From contig CAWHCG010000048.1 of NCBI GenBank assembly GCA_963827575.1, positions 124,060 through 188,059 of the forward strand: DNA of 64,000 nt, given 5' to 3'. The notes beneath the pieces are model-generated. The model searched no databases. It was not told the origin of the DNA and saw only the letters and a program-made list of their open reading frames with translations. This document shows positions 42,134 to 53,582 of the stretch, piece by piece (the first letter of the stretch is position 1; each line of letters opens with the position of its first letter). This DNA comes from an uncultured beta proteobacterium (GTDB lineage Bacteria; Pseudomonadota; Gammaproteobacteria; Burkholderiales; SHXO01). Made by a program: the position numbers and the translations under genes.

Positions 42134-43690
42134 TTAGCCGATCAGCCGGCGGGCGCCGGCAAGCAGCGCCGCGAAGGCGCTCTGCTTCTGCGGGCGCCGT
42201 CCCTCGGGCTTTGCGGTGCGCGGTGTGCCGGGCGCCGGGGAGCGCTTGCCGTTTCCGTTTGCTCCTGCCGGCTTCTGCCCTCCGCGGCGGCCGCGCTGAC
42301 CGGCCGCTTCGCTGCGCGGCTGCGGGGAAGGGCCCGAGGACTTTCGTCCAGCCGTCCCGGACCGGCCTTCGGTCGTCGAACCGGAGCGCCTGCGCGAGCC
42401 GGGTTCCGAGCGCCGGGCTGCATGGGCCGGCCGATCCTTCGCGCCGCGCTCACCTGACCGCGGAGATGCGGGCCGCCGGCCGGGCTGCGCGCGTGGCTCG
42501 CCGCGTGCCGCTCCGGTCCCCAGCTCGAAACCGGCCACCACACGCTGTTCGATGGACCGGTTGAGCAGACGCTCGATGGCCGCCAGCAGCGGCCTGTCTT
42601 CCGCGCACACCAGCGCGACCGCTTCTCCTTCGACGCCCGCCCGGCCGGTGCGGCCGATGCGATGGACATAGTCTTCGGGAACGTGGGAAAGATCGTAGTT
42701 CACCACGTGCGGCAACTCTTCGATGTCCAGCCCGCGGGCCGCGAGGTCGGTGGCGACCAGTACGCGCAGCTCGCCGGCTTTGAAGTCCGCCAGCGTGCGG
42801 GTGCGGTGCGACTGGCTTTTGTTGCCGTGGATCGCGTCCGCGCTGATGCCGTCGCGCTTGAGCTGCTCGGCGAGGCGGTTGGCCCCGTGCTTGGTGCGCG
42901 TGAACACGAGAACCTGCTTCCAGCCACCGCTGCTGATGAGGTGCGCGAGCAGCTCGCGCTTGCGCCCCGCATCGACCGGATGGACGACGTGATTCACCAG
43001 CTCGGAGGGCGCGTTGCGGCGCGCGACTTCCACCACGACGGGATCGGTGAGGAAGGAGTGCGCCAGCTCCCGGATCTCCTGGGTGAACGTGGCGGAGAAC
43101 AGCAGGTTCTGCCGCTGCTTCGGCAGCAGGGCAAGAATGCGACGGATGTCGCGGATAAAGCCCATGTCCAGCATGCGGTCGGCTTCGTCCAGCACCAGGA
43201 ACTCGATACGGCTCAGATCCACTGTCTTCTGCTGCACGTGGTCCAGCAGCCGGCCCGGCGTGGCGACCAGTATCTCGACGCCGCGCCTGAGCGCGGTCAC
43301 CTGGGGCTGTATTCCGACCCCGCCGTAGACTACCGTGGAGGTCGTGGGCAGGTATGCACCATAGGTGCGCACGCTCTCCTCCACCTGAGCAGCCAGCTCG
43401 CGGGTCGGTGTGAGGATCAGCACGCGCGGAGGCCGCCGGCCGTCGGGTGAGCCTTTGGTCTTGACCGTCTTGAGCAGCTGCAGCAGGGGCAGGACGAAGC
43501 CCGCCGTCTTGCCCGTCCCCGTCTGTGCAGCGGCCAGCAGGTCGCGGCCCGCGAGCACTTCGGGGACGGCTTGGAGTTGAATGGGGGTGGGTTGGGTGTA
43601 ACCCTGGTCTGCGACAGCGCGGAGCAGCTCGGGAAGCAGGCCGAGTTTATCGAAGGACGAAGTAATGGATCTCTCCTGAATCGGCCTGCA
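42134..43690 (-). CDS. rhlE: DEAD-box ATP-dependent RNA helicase (RhlE-like) with basic R/G-rich C-terminal tail; start codon unclear
   Basis: [60 protein letters not shown] motifs. Confidence 0.85.
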   Translation of the reverse strand, partial: CRPIQERSITSSFDKLGLLPELLRAVADQGYTQPTPIQLQAVPEVLAGRDLLAAAQTGTGKTAGFVLPLLQLLKTVKTKGSPDGRRPPRVLILTPTRELAAQVEESVRTYGAYLPTTSTVVYGGVGIQPQVTALRRGVEILVATPGRLLDHVQQKTVDLSRIEFLVLDEADRMLDMGFIRDIRRILALLPKQRQNLLFSATFTQEIRELAHSFLTDPVVVEVARRNAPSELVNHVVHPVDAGRKRELLAHLISSGGWKQVLVFTRTKHGANRLAEQLKRDGISADAIHGNKSQSHRTRTLADFKAGELRVLVATDLAARGLDIEELPHVVNYDLSHVPEDYVHRIGRTGRAGVEGEAVALVCAEDRPLLAAIERLLNRSIEQRVVAGFELGTGAARGEPRAQPGRRPASPRSGERGAKDRPAHAARRSEPGSRRRSGSTTEGRSGTAGRKSSGPSPQPRSEAAGQRGRRGGQKPAGANGNGKRSPAPGTPRTAKPEGRRPQKQSAFAALLAGARRLIG

Positions 43691-43849
43691 GCGGGCTGGC
43701 GCCCAAGGAACCGGTTCAGGCAGATGTAAGCATGTGGTTGGGGGTTCGAGGAAGTTCGAGAACAACCGCGAGAGGGGCGCAGCGCAACCGGATGAGGCAC
43801 CGCGAAAACCCAGCGGCACTATACACGCACCGCGGGCGAAAGTCCCGCA

Positions 43850-44269
43850 CTATTTCTCCGGGAGGGGCGGCTGGCAGGGATACGTGCTGCTCAGCGCGGA
43901 GAACAGGAGCACGTGCGCCCTGGCATCGAGCCTGTCGGGGTGAGCGCGCAGGTATTCGACCAGGAGCGGCACGACCTGGGTGGGGGTGAGCTCCTCGGGC
44001 GGACAGTAGTACATGTCGCGGTGCTCTCGCCATGCCGCCCACCCGTGACCCCACATGAAGCCGTCCACGAAACCGAGGCAGGACTGGGCCCGGGCATATT
44101 CGGCGTCGTCGAGAAATCGGCGGCTGTCTGCTTCGATCATCCACACTGCCGGCTCGCAGCGGGCGAGCAGCGCGGCGCCGCTCTCCTTGCCGAGGCTGCC
44201 CGCACCCAGCGCGTTCGCGGCTGCCGCTTGCAGGAGGACAAAGCCGGCCCAGCGCAGCGCTCTCGCCAC
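43850..44269 (-). CDS. Hypothetical exported protein
   Basis: 139-aa ORF with N-terminal hydrophobic segment; no recognised motif. Confidence 0.35.
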   Translation of the reverse strand: MARALRWAGFVLLQAAAANALGAGSLGKESGAALLARCEPAVWMIEADSRRFLDDAEYARAQSCLGFVDGFMWGHGWAAWREHRDMYYCPPEELTPTQVVPLLVEYLRAHPDRLDARAHVLLFSALSSTYPCQPPLPEK

Positions 44270-44285
44270 GCTCCCTCTCTTCGCT

Positions 44286-45155
44286 TCAGCCGGCGTAGCG
44301 GGCCTCCGGCAGCCCCTTCACACCCGGCTCCAGGGCCAGCAATGCACCGGCCAGCGGCTGCTTCGCCAGCTCCTCCGAAGTGAGCTTCTGGGTGGCCGTG
44401 GTCACGAACAGCACATCCAGCCCCGGACCGCCGAACTGCACGCTGGTGGGCCGCTGCACCGGCAGCTCGACGAGCCGGTCGATGCGGCCGTCGGGCGCAA
44501 AGCGGACGATGCGCCAACCGTCGTAGTGCGCACACCAGACGAAGCCCTCCGCATCGACGGTGGCCCCGTCTGGAATGGCGGGCGCCTCGACGGTCACGAA
44601 CTCGCGCCGCTCGCCCAGTTCCCCCGTCGACGCGGCGAACGGATAGGCGGAGATCGCGCGGGTGGGAGAATCCGCGAAGTACATGACACGGCCGTCCGGG
44701 CTCCAGCACAAGCTGTTGGGGATGCGGATGCCCGTGTGCATGGCTATGCAACCCCGCGCCGGATCCAGACGATAGAGGCTGCCTTCCGGCTCGCGCGTGA
44801 CATCGTTCATGGTGCCGGCCCAGAAGCGCCCCTGGCGGTCGCATTTGCCGTCGTTGAACCGCATCTCGGGCCGGTCGGCTTGCGGGGCCGACACGCGTTC
44901 CAAGGCGCCGGTCACGGGATCGAAGAACGACAGCGAAGACTTCAACGCCAGCAGCAGGCCGCCGCTCTCACGCACTGCCAATGAGCCGACCACTTCGGGC
45001 AGCGTCCAGCTGTCGATCGTGCGTGTGCGCCAGTCGAAACGCCGCACCAGGCAGCCACGGATGTTCACCCAGTACAATGCCTGCTCCTGCACGTCCCACA
45101 CAGGCCCCTCGCCCAGGATGTCTACCGTGTCACCGATGCGTTGGATTGCAGTCAT
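44286..45155 (-). CDS. SMP-30/gluconolactonase/LRE-like (regucalcin family) protein
   Basis: MTAIQRIGDTVDILGEGPVWD...six-bladed propeller-type repeats. Confidence 0.75.
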   Translation of the reverse strand: MTAIQRIGDTVDILGEGPVWDVQEQALYWVNIRGCLVRRFDWRTRTIDSWTLPEVVGSLAVRESGGLLLALKSSLSFFDPVTGALERVSAPQADRPEMRFNDGKCDRQGRFWAGTMNDVTREPEGSLYRLDPARGCIAMHTGIRIPNSLCWSPDGRVMYFADSPTRAISAYPFAASTGELGERREFVTVEAPAIPDGATVDAEGFVWCAHYDGWRIVRFAPDGRIDRLVELPVQRPTSVQFGGPGLDVLFVTTATQKLTSEELAKQPLAGALLALEPGVKGLPEARYAG

Positions 45156-45230
45156 TCGAGGTCTCGACGCTGTCAAGGTCAAGGACAGTATACTAACGCG
45201 CTGACAACCTCGCCCCACGGAGGACCCCCT

Positions 45231-45536
45231 ATGAAACGCTACGTCGTCGCCGTCGATTTCATCCTCCATCCGGACGTGATGGAAAAGTTCATGCCGCTGA
45301 TGCTGGAGAATGCCGAGAAGTCCCGCACGCTGGAGCCGGGCTGCGACCGCTTCGACGTGTGCGCGCCGGCAGGCGGCCACGACCGGGTCTTTCTGTACGA
45401 GATCTACCAGGACGAGGCGGCGTTTGCGGCGCACTTGAAGACGCCCCACTTTCTCGAGTTCGACGCCGCCACCAAGGCGATGATCAAGGAACGCAAAGTC
45501 GGCAAGCTGTGGATCGAGAACGACGACGGCAAGTGA
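45231..45536 (+). CDS. ABM-domain (antibiotic biosynthesis monooxygenase-like) protein
   Basis: MKRYVVAVDFILHPDVMEKFMPLMLENAEKSRTLEPGCDRFDV... Confidence 0.55.
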   Translation: MKRYVVAVDFILHPDVMEKFMPLMLENAEKSRTLEPGCDRFDVCAPAGGHDRVFLYEIYQDEAAFAAHLKTPHFLEFDAATKAMIKERKVGKLWIENDDGK

Positions 45537-46976
45537 TCAGTCCAGCGCCAGGGGCGGTGTTCGATCCGCCCACGGCCGCAGCTTTTCGAACAACGCTGCG
45601 GCCCGCAGCAGCAAAGCATCCGCGCCCAGCCGGCCGATCAATTGCAAGCCCGACGGGCAGCCCCTCGCTGTCCCAGCCACAGGGGATGCTGATGGCAGGG
45701 TTCCCCGTCAGGTTGAACGGCAGCGTATAGGGGTACCAGGCCCGCCGCATGGTGTCGACCGGCCGGCCGTCGATCTCGACCACGGCGAAGAAGTCGTGGT
45801 CGATCGGCAGCGCCGTTCTGGCCAGCGTCGGGGTCGCGACAATGTCGGCTTGCTCGAACCAGCCCTGCACCTGCCGGTACAGCCGGGTGCGCATGAAAAT
45901 CGCCCGATACAGCTCCTGAGCCGAGTAGCCGGCGGCACGGTCGAGCTGTGCTACCAGGCTCGGGTCCATCACGGCCCGGTGCTTCTCGAGATGGCGGCCG
46001 AACTGGGCGAAGCGATAGGCCCCGTTCAAGATCAGCCACAGCTGCTCGGCAGGCTCGAAGTCGTCCGGGGTCTCGACGACGTCGGCGCGCAGCTGTGAGA
46101 AAGCCTGCAGTGCCTCCTCGCACAGGGCGCGCACCTCGGGTTGCGATCACCGTGTTGCCGAGCAACGGCCGCCAGGCGATCTTCAAGCCCTGCAAGTCGC
46201 CTTGCCCCTGCGCCGCTTCGACGAGATTCAGCCGGGGCCGATTCGCGCTGTGCGGGTCGCTCGGGTGCGGGCCTGCCATCGCCTCGAGCATCAGCGCCGT
46301 GTCGGCGACCGTTCGCGCCAGGGGCGTGATATACGAGATGTTGCCGAATGCGTCTTCCGCCGAATCGTGCTGGCACCAGCCCCAGGCTCTGCTTGAAGCC
46401 GACTACGCCGTTGCATGCCGCCGGGATGCGGGTGGACCCGCCGCCGTCGGTCCCGACGGCGATCGCACCGAGGCCGGCGGCAACCGCAACAGCGGCGCCG
46501 CCGCTGGAGCCTCCGCTGGTGCGCGCGCTGTGCCACGCATTGCAGGTGCGGCCGAACAGCGGCGCCTCGGTGATGCCCTTCTGCCCGAACTCCGGGGTGG
46601 TGGTCTTGCCGATCAGGATCCCGCCTGCGGCTCGCAGGCGCGCAACCGCAACAGCGTCGGCTGCGGGAACGTGGTTGCGGAAGATCACCGACCCGTAGGT
46701 GGTGCGCACACCCCGGGTATTGACGAGATCCTTGACCGAAAACGGGATGCCGTGCAGCGGGCCGACCGGGTCATTGCGCCGAATCGCCGCTTCCGCCGCG
46801 CGGGCGGCGGCGAGCGCGTGGTCGTGGCAAACGGTGATGAACGCGTTCAAGACCGGCTGCGAGCGTTCGATACGTGCGAGCGTGGCCTCGATGAGCTCCA
46901 CGGGCGAGATCTCCCGGCGCCGGATCAACTGCGCGAGATCGGCCGCGGTTCGATAGCTCAGACTGCTCTGCGGCAT
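45484..46976 (-). CDS. Amidase (amidase-signature family), at least 3 frameshifts
   Basis: GIPFSVKDL, GGSSGGAAVAVAAGLGAIAVGTDGGGSTRIPAA in ORF 46032..47003; continuation pieces in 45638..46291 and 45484..46134. Confidence 0.7.
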
Positions 46977-47072
46977 GACCTCTCCCTGTTGACGACCCCG
47001 CACATGCGATATCCAGCCTGGTTTGGTTGCGCCTGGCTATAATCGCCCGCACGCACCCATAGGAGAAGAACG

Positions 47073-47690
47073 ATGATCGACCTGTACCTGGCACCCACGG
47101 CCAATGGCCTGCGTGCGGCCGTCGCCCTGGCCGAATGCGGGCTCGACTATACCCCGCACAAGATCGACCTCGCCAAGGGCGAGGCCCGTACCCCGGAGTT
47201 CCTGAAGCTCAACCCCGCGGCGCAGATCCCGGTCATCGTCGATCACGACGGGCCGGGAGGCAAGCCGCTGACCTTGGCTCAGTCTGGGGCGATCATCCTG
47301 TACTGCGCCGAGAAGAGCGGGAAGTTCCTGCCCAAGGAGCCCGCCACGCGGGCCCTTGCCCTGCAGTGGCTCATGCAGGCCGCCACCGACGTCGCGCCTG
47401 TCAGCAGCGCGATCTTCCACCTCGAGATGGTGGCGCCCGAGAAAAACGAGGCCATCACCAAGCATTTCCATAAGCGCTTGCTGAATTTCTTCGCGGTATG
47501 CGACGCGCATCTGGCGGGCAAGGAATACCTCGCCGGCGATCTGTCCGTCGCCGACTTCCAACTCTATCCCAACTACGTCGCCCGCAAGGCGTTGATCGAC
47601 GGCGCGGGTGGGCTCTCCAATCTGCACCGTTGGGCCGCCGCGATGGCGGCGCGGCCGGGGGTGGCGAAGGGGATGAAGCCGTTCGGTTGA
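47073..47690 (+). CDS. Glutathione S-transferase
   Basis: Intact 205 aa; MIDLYLAPTANGLRAAVALAECGL...Q(I)PVIVDHDG... GST N- and C-domains. Confidence 0.85.
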   Translation: MIDLYLAPTANGLRAAVALAECGLDYTPHKIDLAKGEARTPEFLKLNPAAQIPVIVDHDGPGGKPLTLAQSGAIILYCAEKSGKFLPKEPATRALALQWLMQAATDVAPVSSAIFHLEMVAPEKNEAITKHFHKRLLNFFAVCDAHLAGKEYLAGDLSVADFQLYPNYVARKALIDGAGGLSNLHRWAAAMAARPGVAKGMKPFG

Positions 47691-47768
47691 TTGGAAACCT
47701 GACGCGCGAATGGCAACCGAGTCTGTTCCTGCCGCCTGGTGAGGGGCCATGTTTCGGAGGGACCTGGC

Positions 47769-48146
47769 ATGAGACTTCACAACCTGCGCACAGCGTGCGC
47801 GCTGCTTGCCGCATCCGTCGGATTGCCAGCGGCTGCGGCGGAGTTCACGGAGTGCGTGAAGTTCGCCGTGCAGCCCGATGGCGCGGCCAGCCTGACCAAC
47901 CAGTGCAGCGAACGCGTGAACATGACCTACTGCATCGACAATCCGAGCAGCCCGAAGGTCTGTTCGAACACCCCGCTCGGCGTGACCACACTGGCGCCAG
48001 GCGCGGTAGAACTCGTGCCTTCCTACACGGCCGACGGCGCCGGCCCTGTCTACTGGGCTGCGTGCGCCTATCCGACGGCGCCGATCAACTGGAAGCCGGG
48101 GCCTGACAGTACGTTCCTGTGCCGCAAGACCTGTGTGATGTGCTGA
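47769..48146 (+). CDS. Small secreted Cys-rich protein, unknown function
   Basis: MRLHNLRTACALLAASVGLPAAAAE signal peptide; 8 Cys. Confidence 0.4.
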   Translation: MRLHNLRTACALLAASVGLPAAAAEFTECVKFAVQPDGAASLTNQCSERVNMTYCIDNPSSPKVCSNTPLGVTTLAPGAVELVPSYTADGAGPVYWAACAYPTAPINWKPGPDSTFLCRKTCVMC

Positions 48147-48159
48147 TTTCAGAGTCGGT

Positions 48160-49085
48160 TCAACTCGGCTGAGCAGCCTGCAGCAGCGCCAGGACTTCCG
48201 GCGGCCGAGGCAGCGGTGCGACTGCGCCGTATCCCGTGCAGGTCAGGGCCGCGGCCGCATTGGCGTAACGCATCGCGCTCCAGAAGTCGTCTCCCGCAGC
48301 CATTCGCGCGAGCAGCGAGCCGGCGAAGCAGTCGCCCGCACCGGTGGCGTCCACCACCTTGACCCGATGACCGGGCACCAGCTGGCGGCGGGTCCCGTCG
48401 CTGCCGATGGCCCCCTCGGGGCCCAGCTTCAGAGCGACGCGGCGGGCGCCCTGCCGATGGCACCAATCCAGGATCGCGTCGCGCTGCGTAGTCGCACAGA
48501 GCTGCTCGCCTTCTTCAACGCTGACGAACAGAACATCGGACAGCGCGACCGACGCAGCCACGATGGCGCGTGCGCGCGCCAGCGGCCACAGCCGCAGGCG
48601 CAGGTTGGTGTCGTAGGCCACTTGCACACCGGCTGCGCGGGCCGCTTCGATCGCCGCGAGCACGCTGTCGCAGGCGCTCGCGCTGATCGCCTGGCTGATG
48701 CCGGAGGCATGAAAGAAGCGGGCCGTCCGGATCAGGTCGAGCGGCAGGTGTGCCGGGCGCATGCGACTCGCAGCAGAGCCTGCCCTCAGGTAGGAGAACA
48801 CGTGGCCTTGCGGCCCGTGGCTGATGAAGTACACCGCGGTATGCGCCTCGGGGTCGATGCCCACTCCCGAGGTGTCGATCCCCTCACGCCGCCACAGCCC
48901 GAGGAACTCGTGCCCGAAGGCGTCGTCACCGAGCCGGGTCAATACGCCACCTTTGCACCCTGGCGGGCCGCAGCAATGGCGGCATTCGTGGTGTCTCCGC
49001 CGAAGCCCTGCAGCCAGCGGCGCTCTTCGCCGGGGATCTGCGAGAACTCGTACATCGGCTCGCCCAGGCTGACGAGGTCGAACAT
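48160..49085 (-). CDS. kdgK: 2-dehydro-3-deoxygluconokinase (PfkB family), one frameshift near 48950
   Basis: MFDLVSLGEPMYEF...QGAKG then LTRLGDDAFG...DATGAGDCFAGSLLA; frameshift explained by aaaggtgg vs expected aaagggtgg. Confidence 0.75.
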
Positions 49086-49134
49086 TGGGTCAGGCGCCAG
49101 CGGTGGGGAGGGCGGTGATCCCGCGCGCGCTGCG

Positions 49135-49773
49135 TTACGCGCCGCGCGCCAGCTCGAGAAAACTGCGCGCGTGCCGGATCACCTGCGCACGGTCGCCCGC
49201 AGCCAGCGCCTTCTGATCGATGACGTTGTTGCCCACGCCGACGGCGCAAGCACCGGCCTTGAAATAGTCGAGCATGTTCGCCGTGGACACGCCGCCGGTC
49301 GGGACAGAGCGGAATCTGCGGGTAGACCGCGTGAATCGCGGAGAGGTGGCGGGCCCGCCGCTCGAGGCGGGGAACACCTTCACGATCTGGGCACCGTCGC
49401 GCCAGGCGGCCAGGACTTCGGTAGGTGTGAATCCGCCCATGAGCATGGCGGCGCCGCGCACCCGCGTGAGCTCGGCCATCCCCGGCACCAGGCAGGGCGA
49501 CACCAGATAGTCGGCGCCTGCATCGAGGCATTCCTGCGCGCGATCCAGGTCAAGCACCGTACCGGCACCGACGAGGAAGTCTCCTTCCGCGCGTTGCTTC
49601 AGCTCGGTGATCAGCGCGACGGCATCCGGCGTGGTGAGGGTGAGCTCGACCGTCCGGAAGCCCGCTTCGATCAGGCAGTCGACGGCGCTGGCGGCAGCCT
49701 CGCGCGTGGCGAGCCGCAGCACCGGAATGACCCGCAGCGCCTGAAGCGCGTCCCGCACCGCAGTCTCGCTCAC
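49135..49773 (-). CDS. eda: KDPG/KHG aldolase (Eda), local double frameshift
   Basis: VIPVLR...AGFRTVELTLTTPDA...GAGTVLD...KVFPA...PTGGVS. Confidence 0.75.
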   Translation of the reverse strand: MSETAVRDALQALRVIPVLRLATREAAASAVDCLIEAGFRTVELTLTTPDAVALITELKQRAEGDFLVGAGTVLDLDRAQECLDAGADYLVSPCLVPGMAELTRVRGAAMLMGGFTPTEVLAAWRDGAQIVKVFPASSGGPATSPRFTRSTRRFRSVPTGGVSTANMLDYFKAGACAVGVGNNVIDQKALAAGDRAQVIRHARSFLELARGA

Positions 49774-49926
49774 CCCGCCTCCCGGTCGCTGCCCTCACGT
49801 TCCACGCGCCGACTCTAGCACAGGCCGAAGCGCAGCAACCACCGGGCTGCCGCTTCCCCCGGCCGCAGGCGCGCAAAAAGGAAAGGGGCCCGAAGGCCCC
49901 TTCTCGACGCTATACCGCGCCTGGCT

Positions 49927-51198
49927 CTACTCGATCTTGACGTGCGACTTGCGGATGGAGGCCTCGATCTGCACGCGCCGGTCCTGCTGGAAGCAGGCGA
50001 TCATTTGCTCGCGTACGAGGTCGGCGCACTCGGTTACGGACAACAACGACTCGCGCTCGCCGCGCCCTTCCACCCTGATCTTGGTAAGCGGCACTCCCTG
50101 CTGCATCAGGTAACGCGCCACTGCCCAGGCCCGGCGCTCCGAGAGCTGCAGATTGTAGTCGTCGGTGCCCAGGCGGTCGGTGTACCCGATGATGTCCAGA
50201 CGGTCGTACTCGGCATCCTGCAAACGCATCGCGAGTCCGTCGAGCACCACCTTCACATCGGCCCGCAGCACCGCCCGGTCGAAGTCGAACTGACCCTGCT
50301 CGTCCACCCCGACCACCAGCGGCAGCATGCCGCCGAGGGTCTGCGGGGTGACGTCCTCGTCCACCCGCGCCCGGCCGCCTGGCGCATCCACCATGCCGAC
50401 GATGAAGGGGTCGTCTTCGCCGCCCGCTCCCGGCACCCCGGCGCGCGAGCCACGGCCGCCCGCGCCGGCGCCACCTGCGCCACGGCTCGACTCGCCGCCC
50501 AAGGCGTCGCCGCCCCTGCCGGCTCCGCCCACACCAGCCATCGCATCGCCACCTGCGCCACGCCCGCCGGCTGCAGAACCCGACCCCGAACCATCGGTTC
50601 CATCCGCTCCACCGGCGCCTGCAACACCACGTCCGCCTGCGCCGCGCGCGCTGCGGCCACCATTGGAAGAGCCACCTGCGCCACCGGCGGCACCTGAGCC
50701 GTCGCCGCTCAGTGACGCCGTGCCACCCGATCCGACTCCACCGGCGCCACCCGTACCTACGCCACCCGCGCCCGCGCCGCCTGTGCCGGCAACACCGGCA
50801 CCACCCGCGCCGGCCCGACGAGCAGCCGATCCCGCCGCGCCGCCTGTCGCGTTGTCGCCGTACAGTGACGCGGCATCATCTGCTCCTGCGCCACCCGCAC
50901 CTGCACCCCCAGCGGCGCCACCCGTACCAGCCTGCCGGCCACCGGCGCCCCCAGCTCGCCCGCTGTTTCCGCCCGCCCCGTTCCGGCCGCCACCGGCAGC
51001 GTCCGCCGTTCCCGCCGCTGCCCCGGCACCCGTGCCGCCCCGCCCTGATGAATATCTGCTCCCATCCGCACCAGAGTGGGAGCCCTTGGTCGCGCAACCC
51101 GCCAACGCGGCGGCCAGCACCAGCGCAGCCGCTCGCACTACCGTCCTGGAAGCGCCGGCAGCGGCCGGCGGAAGTGACGTAAAGGGATTATGTGCCAT
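49927..51198 (-). CDS. OmpA-family lipoprotein with ~250-aa Gly/Ala-rich low-complexity linker
   Basis: Lipobox AAALAGC; GAGG/GTGG repeats; C-terminal OmpA domain ...IIGYTDRLGTDDYNLQLSERRAWAVARYL... Confidence 0.75.
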   Translation of the reverse strand: MAHNPFTSLPPAAAGASRTVVRAAALVLAAALAGCATKGSHSGADGSRYSSGRGGTGAGAAAGTADAAGGGRNGAGGNSGRAGGAGGRQAGTGGAAGGAGAGGAGADDAASLYGDNATGGAAGSAARRAGAGGAGVAGTGGAGAGGVGTGGAGGVGSGGTASLSGDGSGAAGGAGGSSNGGRSARGAGGRGVAGAGGADGTDGSGSGSAAGGRGAGGDAMAGVGGAGRGGDALGGESSRGAGGAGAGGRGSRAGVPGAGGEDDPFIVGMVDAPGGRARVDEDVTPQTLGGMLPLVVGVDEQGQFDFDRAVLRADVKVVLDGLAMRLQDAEYDRLDIIGYTDRLGTDDYNLQLSERRAWAVARYLMQQGVPLTKIRVEGRGERESLLSVTECADLVREQMIACFQQDRRVQIEASIRKSHVKIE

Positions 51199-51620
51199 CT
51201 GTTTACCTGCTCCTGAAGTGGCGGACTTGCGTTCCGCTCGCGTAACAATATCGGTCCGATCGCCGGAATACTGGAGTGCCCTTTGCAAGCATCAAATGCG
51301 CCCGCCTCCCTCGCCTGCGGGTCGGGCGCTCGATGGGTCGGATGCCGGGAAGATGGGAAGGGGGCGTCCAGGTCCACTGGAATGGTCCTGGATCGCATCG
51401 ATGCGGCGCAGCAGTGTACTACAGTGCACCCGGGATCGGGGCAACCACGGGTTTTCATTGTGACAAATGGATTCGTGGCGGATGACACCCGTGTATTCTA
51501 CGGCCGGCGTACGCACTGCCGCTGACAGCACGTCCGGTGACCCTGCCCCGCATTGGAAGCGGCGCACGCGCACGCTGCCACGGCAACCTGCGGGCACTGA
51601 ACTTGCACCACAGCCCGCGC

Positions 51621-52208
51621 ATGTGGCGCTGGATCTTCATCGTAGTCGTCGTCTTGGGAGCGTGGTATTCCTGGAACACGCGCGGGATCGCGCAGCCCGC
51701 CGGAGTCCTGGCAGCCGCTGTGCCGGCGCAGCTGGAGCTCGATGAGCCGCAGCCGGCCCTGTCGAAGCCCGGGTACCGGATCACGCCGCTGCAACGGTTC
51801 TCGCTGGAGGCGCGCGTGCTGGGCAGAGAGCGGTATTGGTTCGATCGCGGCGCGGATCTGGTTCCAATCGATCTGGCGCTGGGCTGGGGACCGATGTCCG
51901 ACACCGCGGTCCTGGAGCAGATCAGCATCAGCCAGGGCAACCGCTTCTTCTTCTGGCGTGTGGACCGCTTTCCCGTTCCGCGGCAGGATATCGAAGTCAA
52001 CAGCGCGAACATGCACATGATCCCCGCCGATGCGGATGTGGAGACTGCCCTCAAGGGCCTGCGGGTCGGCCAGGTAGTGCGCATCTCCGGCTATCTGGTG
52101 GAGATCGCCGGAGCCGACGGCTGGCGCTGGCGCAGCTCGCTCACCCGCAGCGACACCGGCAACGGCGCCTGCGAGCTGGTGTGGGTCGAGGATCTGCGGG
52201 TCATGTGA
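51621..52208 (+). CDS. Hypothetical N-terminally membrane-anchored protein
   Basis: MWRWIFIVVVVLGAWYSW TM helix. Confidence 0.4.
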   Translation: MWRWIFIVVVVLGAWYSWNTRGIAQPAGVLAAAVPAQLELDEPQPALSKPGYRITPLQRFSLEARVLGRERYWFDRGADLVPIDLALGWGPMSDTAVLEQISISQGNRFFFWRVDRFPVPRQDIEVNSANMHMIPADADVETALKGLRVGQVVRISGYLVEIAGADGWRWRSSLTRSDTGNGACELVWVEDLRVM

Positions 52209-52227
52209 AAGCATCCCGGCTCAGCCG

Positions 52228-53496
52228 ATGGCGCGCATACTGATCACGACCTTCGGCTCCTACGGCGACCTGCATCCCTACATTGCGGTCGCGCTGGGAC
52301 TGAAGCAGCGCGGCCACGAGCCGGTCATCGCGACCTCGGCTTCCTACCGTCCGAAGGTCGAAGCCGAGGGCCTGCGGTTCCACGCCGTGCGGCCCGACCT
52401 GGATGACTTTGGTCCCTTTGCCGAGGTTGCACGCCGGGTCTACGATCCGAGGAAGGGCGCGGAGTATCTGCTGCGCGAGCTCGTGCTGCCGCGGCTCGCC
52501 GACACCTACGACGACCTGACGGCCGCAGCGCAGGGCGCCGATCTCCTGGTCACGCATGCGCTCAGCTATGCCGCCCATCTCCTCGCGCGCAGCGCTGGCC
52601 TGCGCTGGGTGTCTACCATCCTCTCGCCGATGGTGTTCATGTCGGCGTACGATCCGCCGCCCCTCCCGCCGGCCCCCTGGCTGAAGTCCGTGCACCGCGT
52701 GAGCCCGCTGCTGTATCGCCTCTTGTTCTCTGCGCTGAAGGGGATTTCGCATGGCTGGAGCAAGCCGATTCGGGAGTTTTGCCGCAGCCGTGGCTTGCCG
52801 CTGCCCCGGCAGGACCCGCTGTTCGAGGGGCAATACTCGCCGCAGGGCACCCTGGCGATGTTTTCGCCACTGCTGGCCCGGCCGCAACCGGATTGGCCCT
52901 CACCCACCTGCGTCACCGGCTTCCCGCTGCACGACACTGACGAGGTGGACCCGGCAGCGATGCGCGGGCTGGATGACTTTCTGGCGGCCGGCGAGGCACC
53001 CATCGTGTTTACGCTCGGTTCCTCTGCGATCTACGATGCGGGCGACTTCTATGCCGCGAGCGTCGAGATTGCGCGCCGGCTCAGGCGCCGCGCGGTGCTG
53101 CTGACCGGGCGGGTCCCGGAGAACCAGGCCCTCCCGGACCTGCCCTCCACCGTATTGGCTTGCGACTACGTCCCCCACTCTCAGGTCTTTACCCGGGCTG
53201 CGGTGAATGTGCATCAAGGCGGCATCGGCACCCTCGCGCAGGCCATGTACGCTGGCCGGCCCATGCTGGTGGTGCCCTTCAGCCACGACCAGCCGGACAA
53301 CGCGGAGCGCGCGCAGCACCTCGGCATCGCACGCGCGCTGCCGCGCGGGAAGTTCAGCGTGGCGGCTGCCGTGGCGGCGCTCGGCGAACTGTTGGCCGAA
53401 CCACGCTATGCAGCCGCAGCCACCAGTGTCGCGCGATCGCTGCAGCAAGAGGACGGGGTGGCAGGGGCGTGTGACAAGCTGGAGGCAATGCTCTGA
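52228..53496 (+). CDS. GT1-family UDP-glycosyltransferase (MGT/UGT-like)
   Basis: MARILITTFGSYGDLHPYIAVA...HQGGIGTLAQAMYAGRPMLVVPFSHDQPDNA. Confidence 0.8.
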   Translation: MARILITTFGSYGDLHPYIAVALGLKQRGHEPVIATSASYRPKVEAEGLRFHAVRPDLDDFGPFAEVARRVYDPRKGAEYLLRELVLPRLADTYDDLTAAAQGADLLVTHALSYAAHLLARSAGLRWVSTILSPMVFMSAYDPPPLPPAPWLKSVHRVSPLLYRLLFSALKGISHGWSKPIREFCRSRGLPLPRQDPLFEGQYSPQGTLAMFSPLLARPQPDWPSPTCVTGFPLHDTDEVDPAAMRGLDDFLAAGEAPIVFTLGSSAIYDAGDFYAASVEIARRLRRRAVLLTGRVPENQALPDLPSTVLACDYVPHSQVFTRAAVNVHQGGIGTLAQAMYAGRPMLVVPFSHDQPDNAERAQHLGIARALPRGKFSVAAAVAALGELLAEPRYAAAATSVARSLQQEDGVAGACDKLEAML

Positions 53497-53582
53497 CAGA
53501 AGGCGGAGAGGATGGCGGAGCTCCCCTGGGGCGGGAGGACAGACAAACCTCCCTCCCCGCGGAACCCAGGTCCGATGACCCT

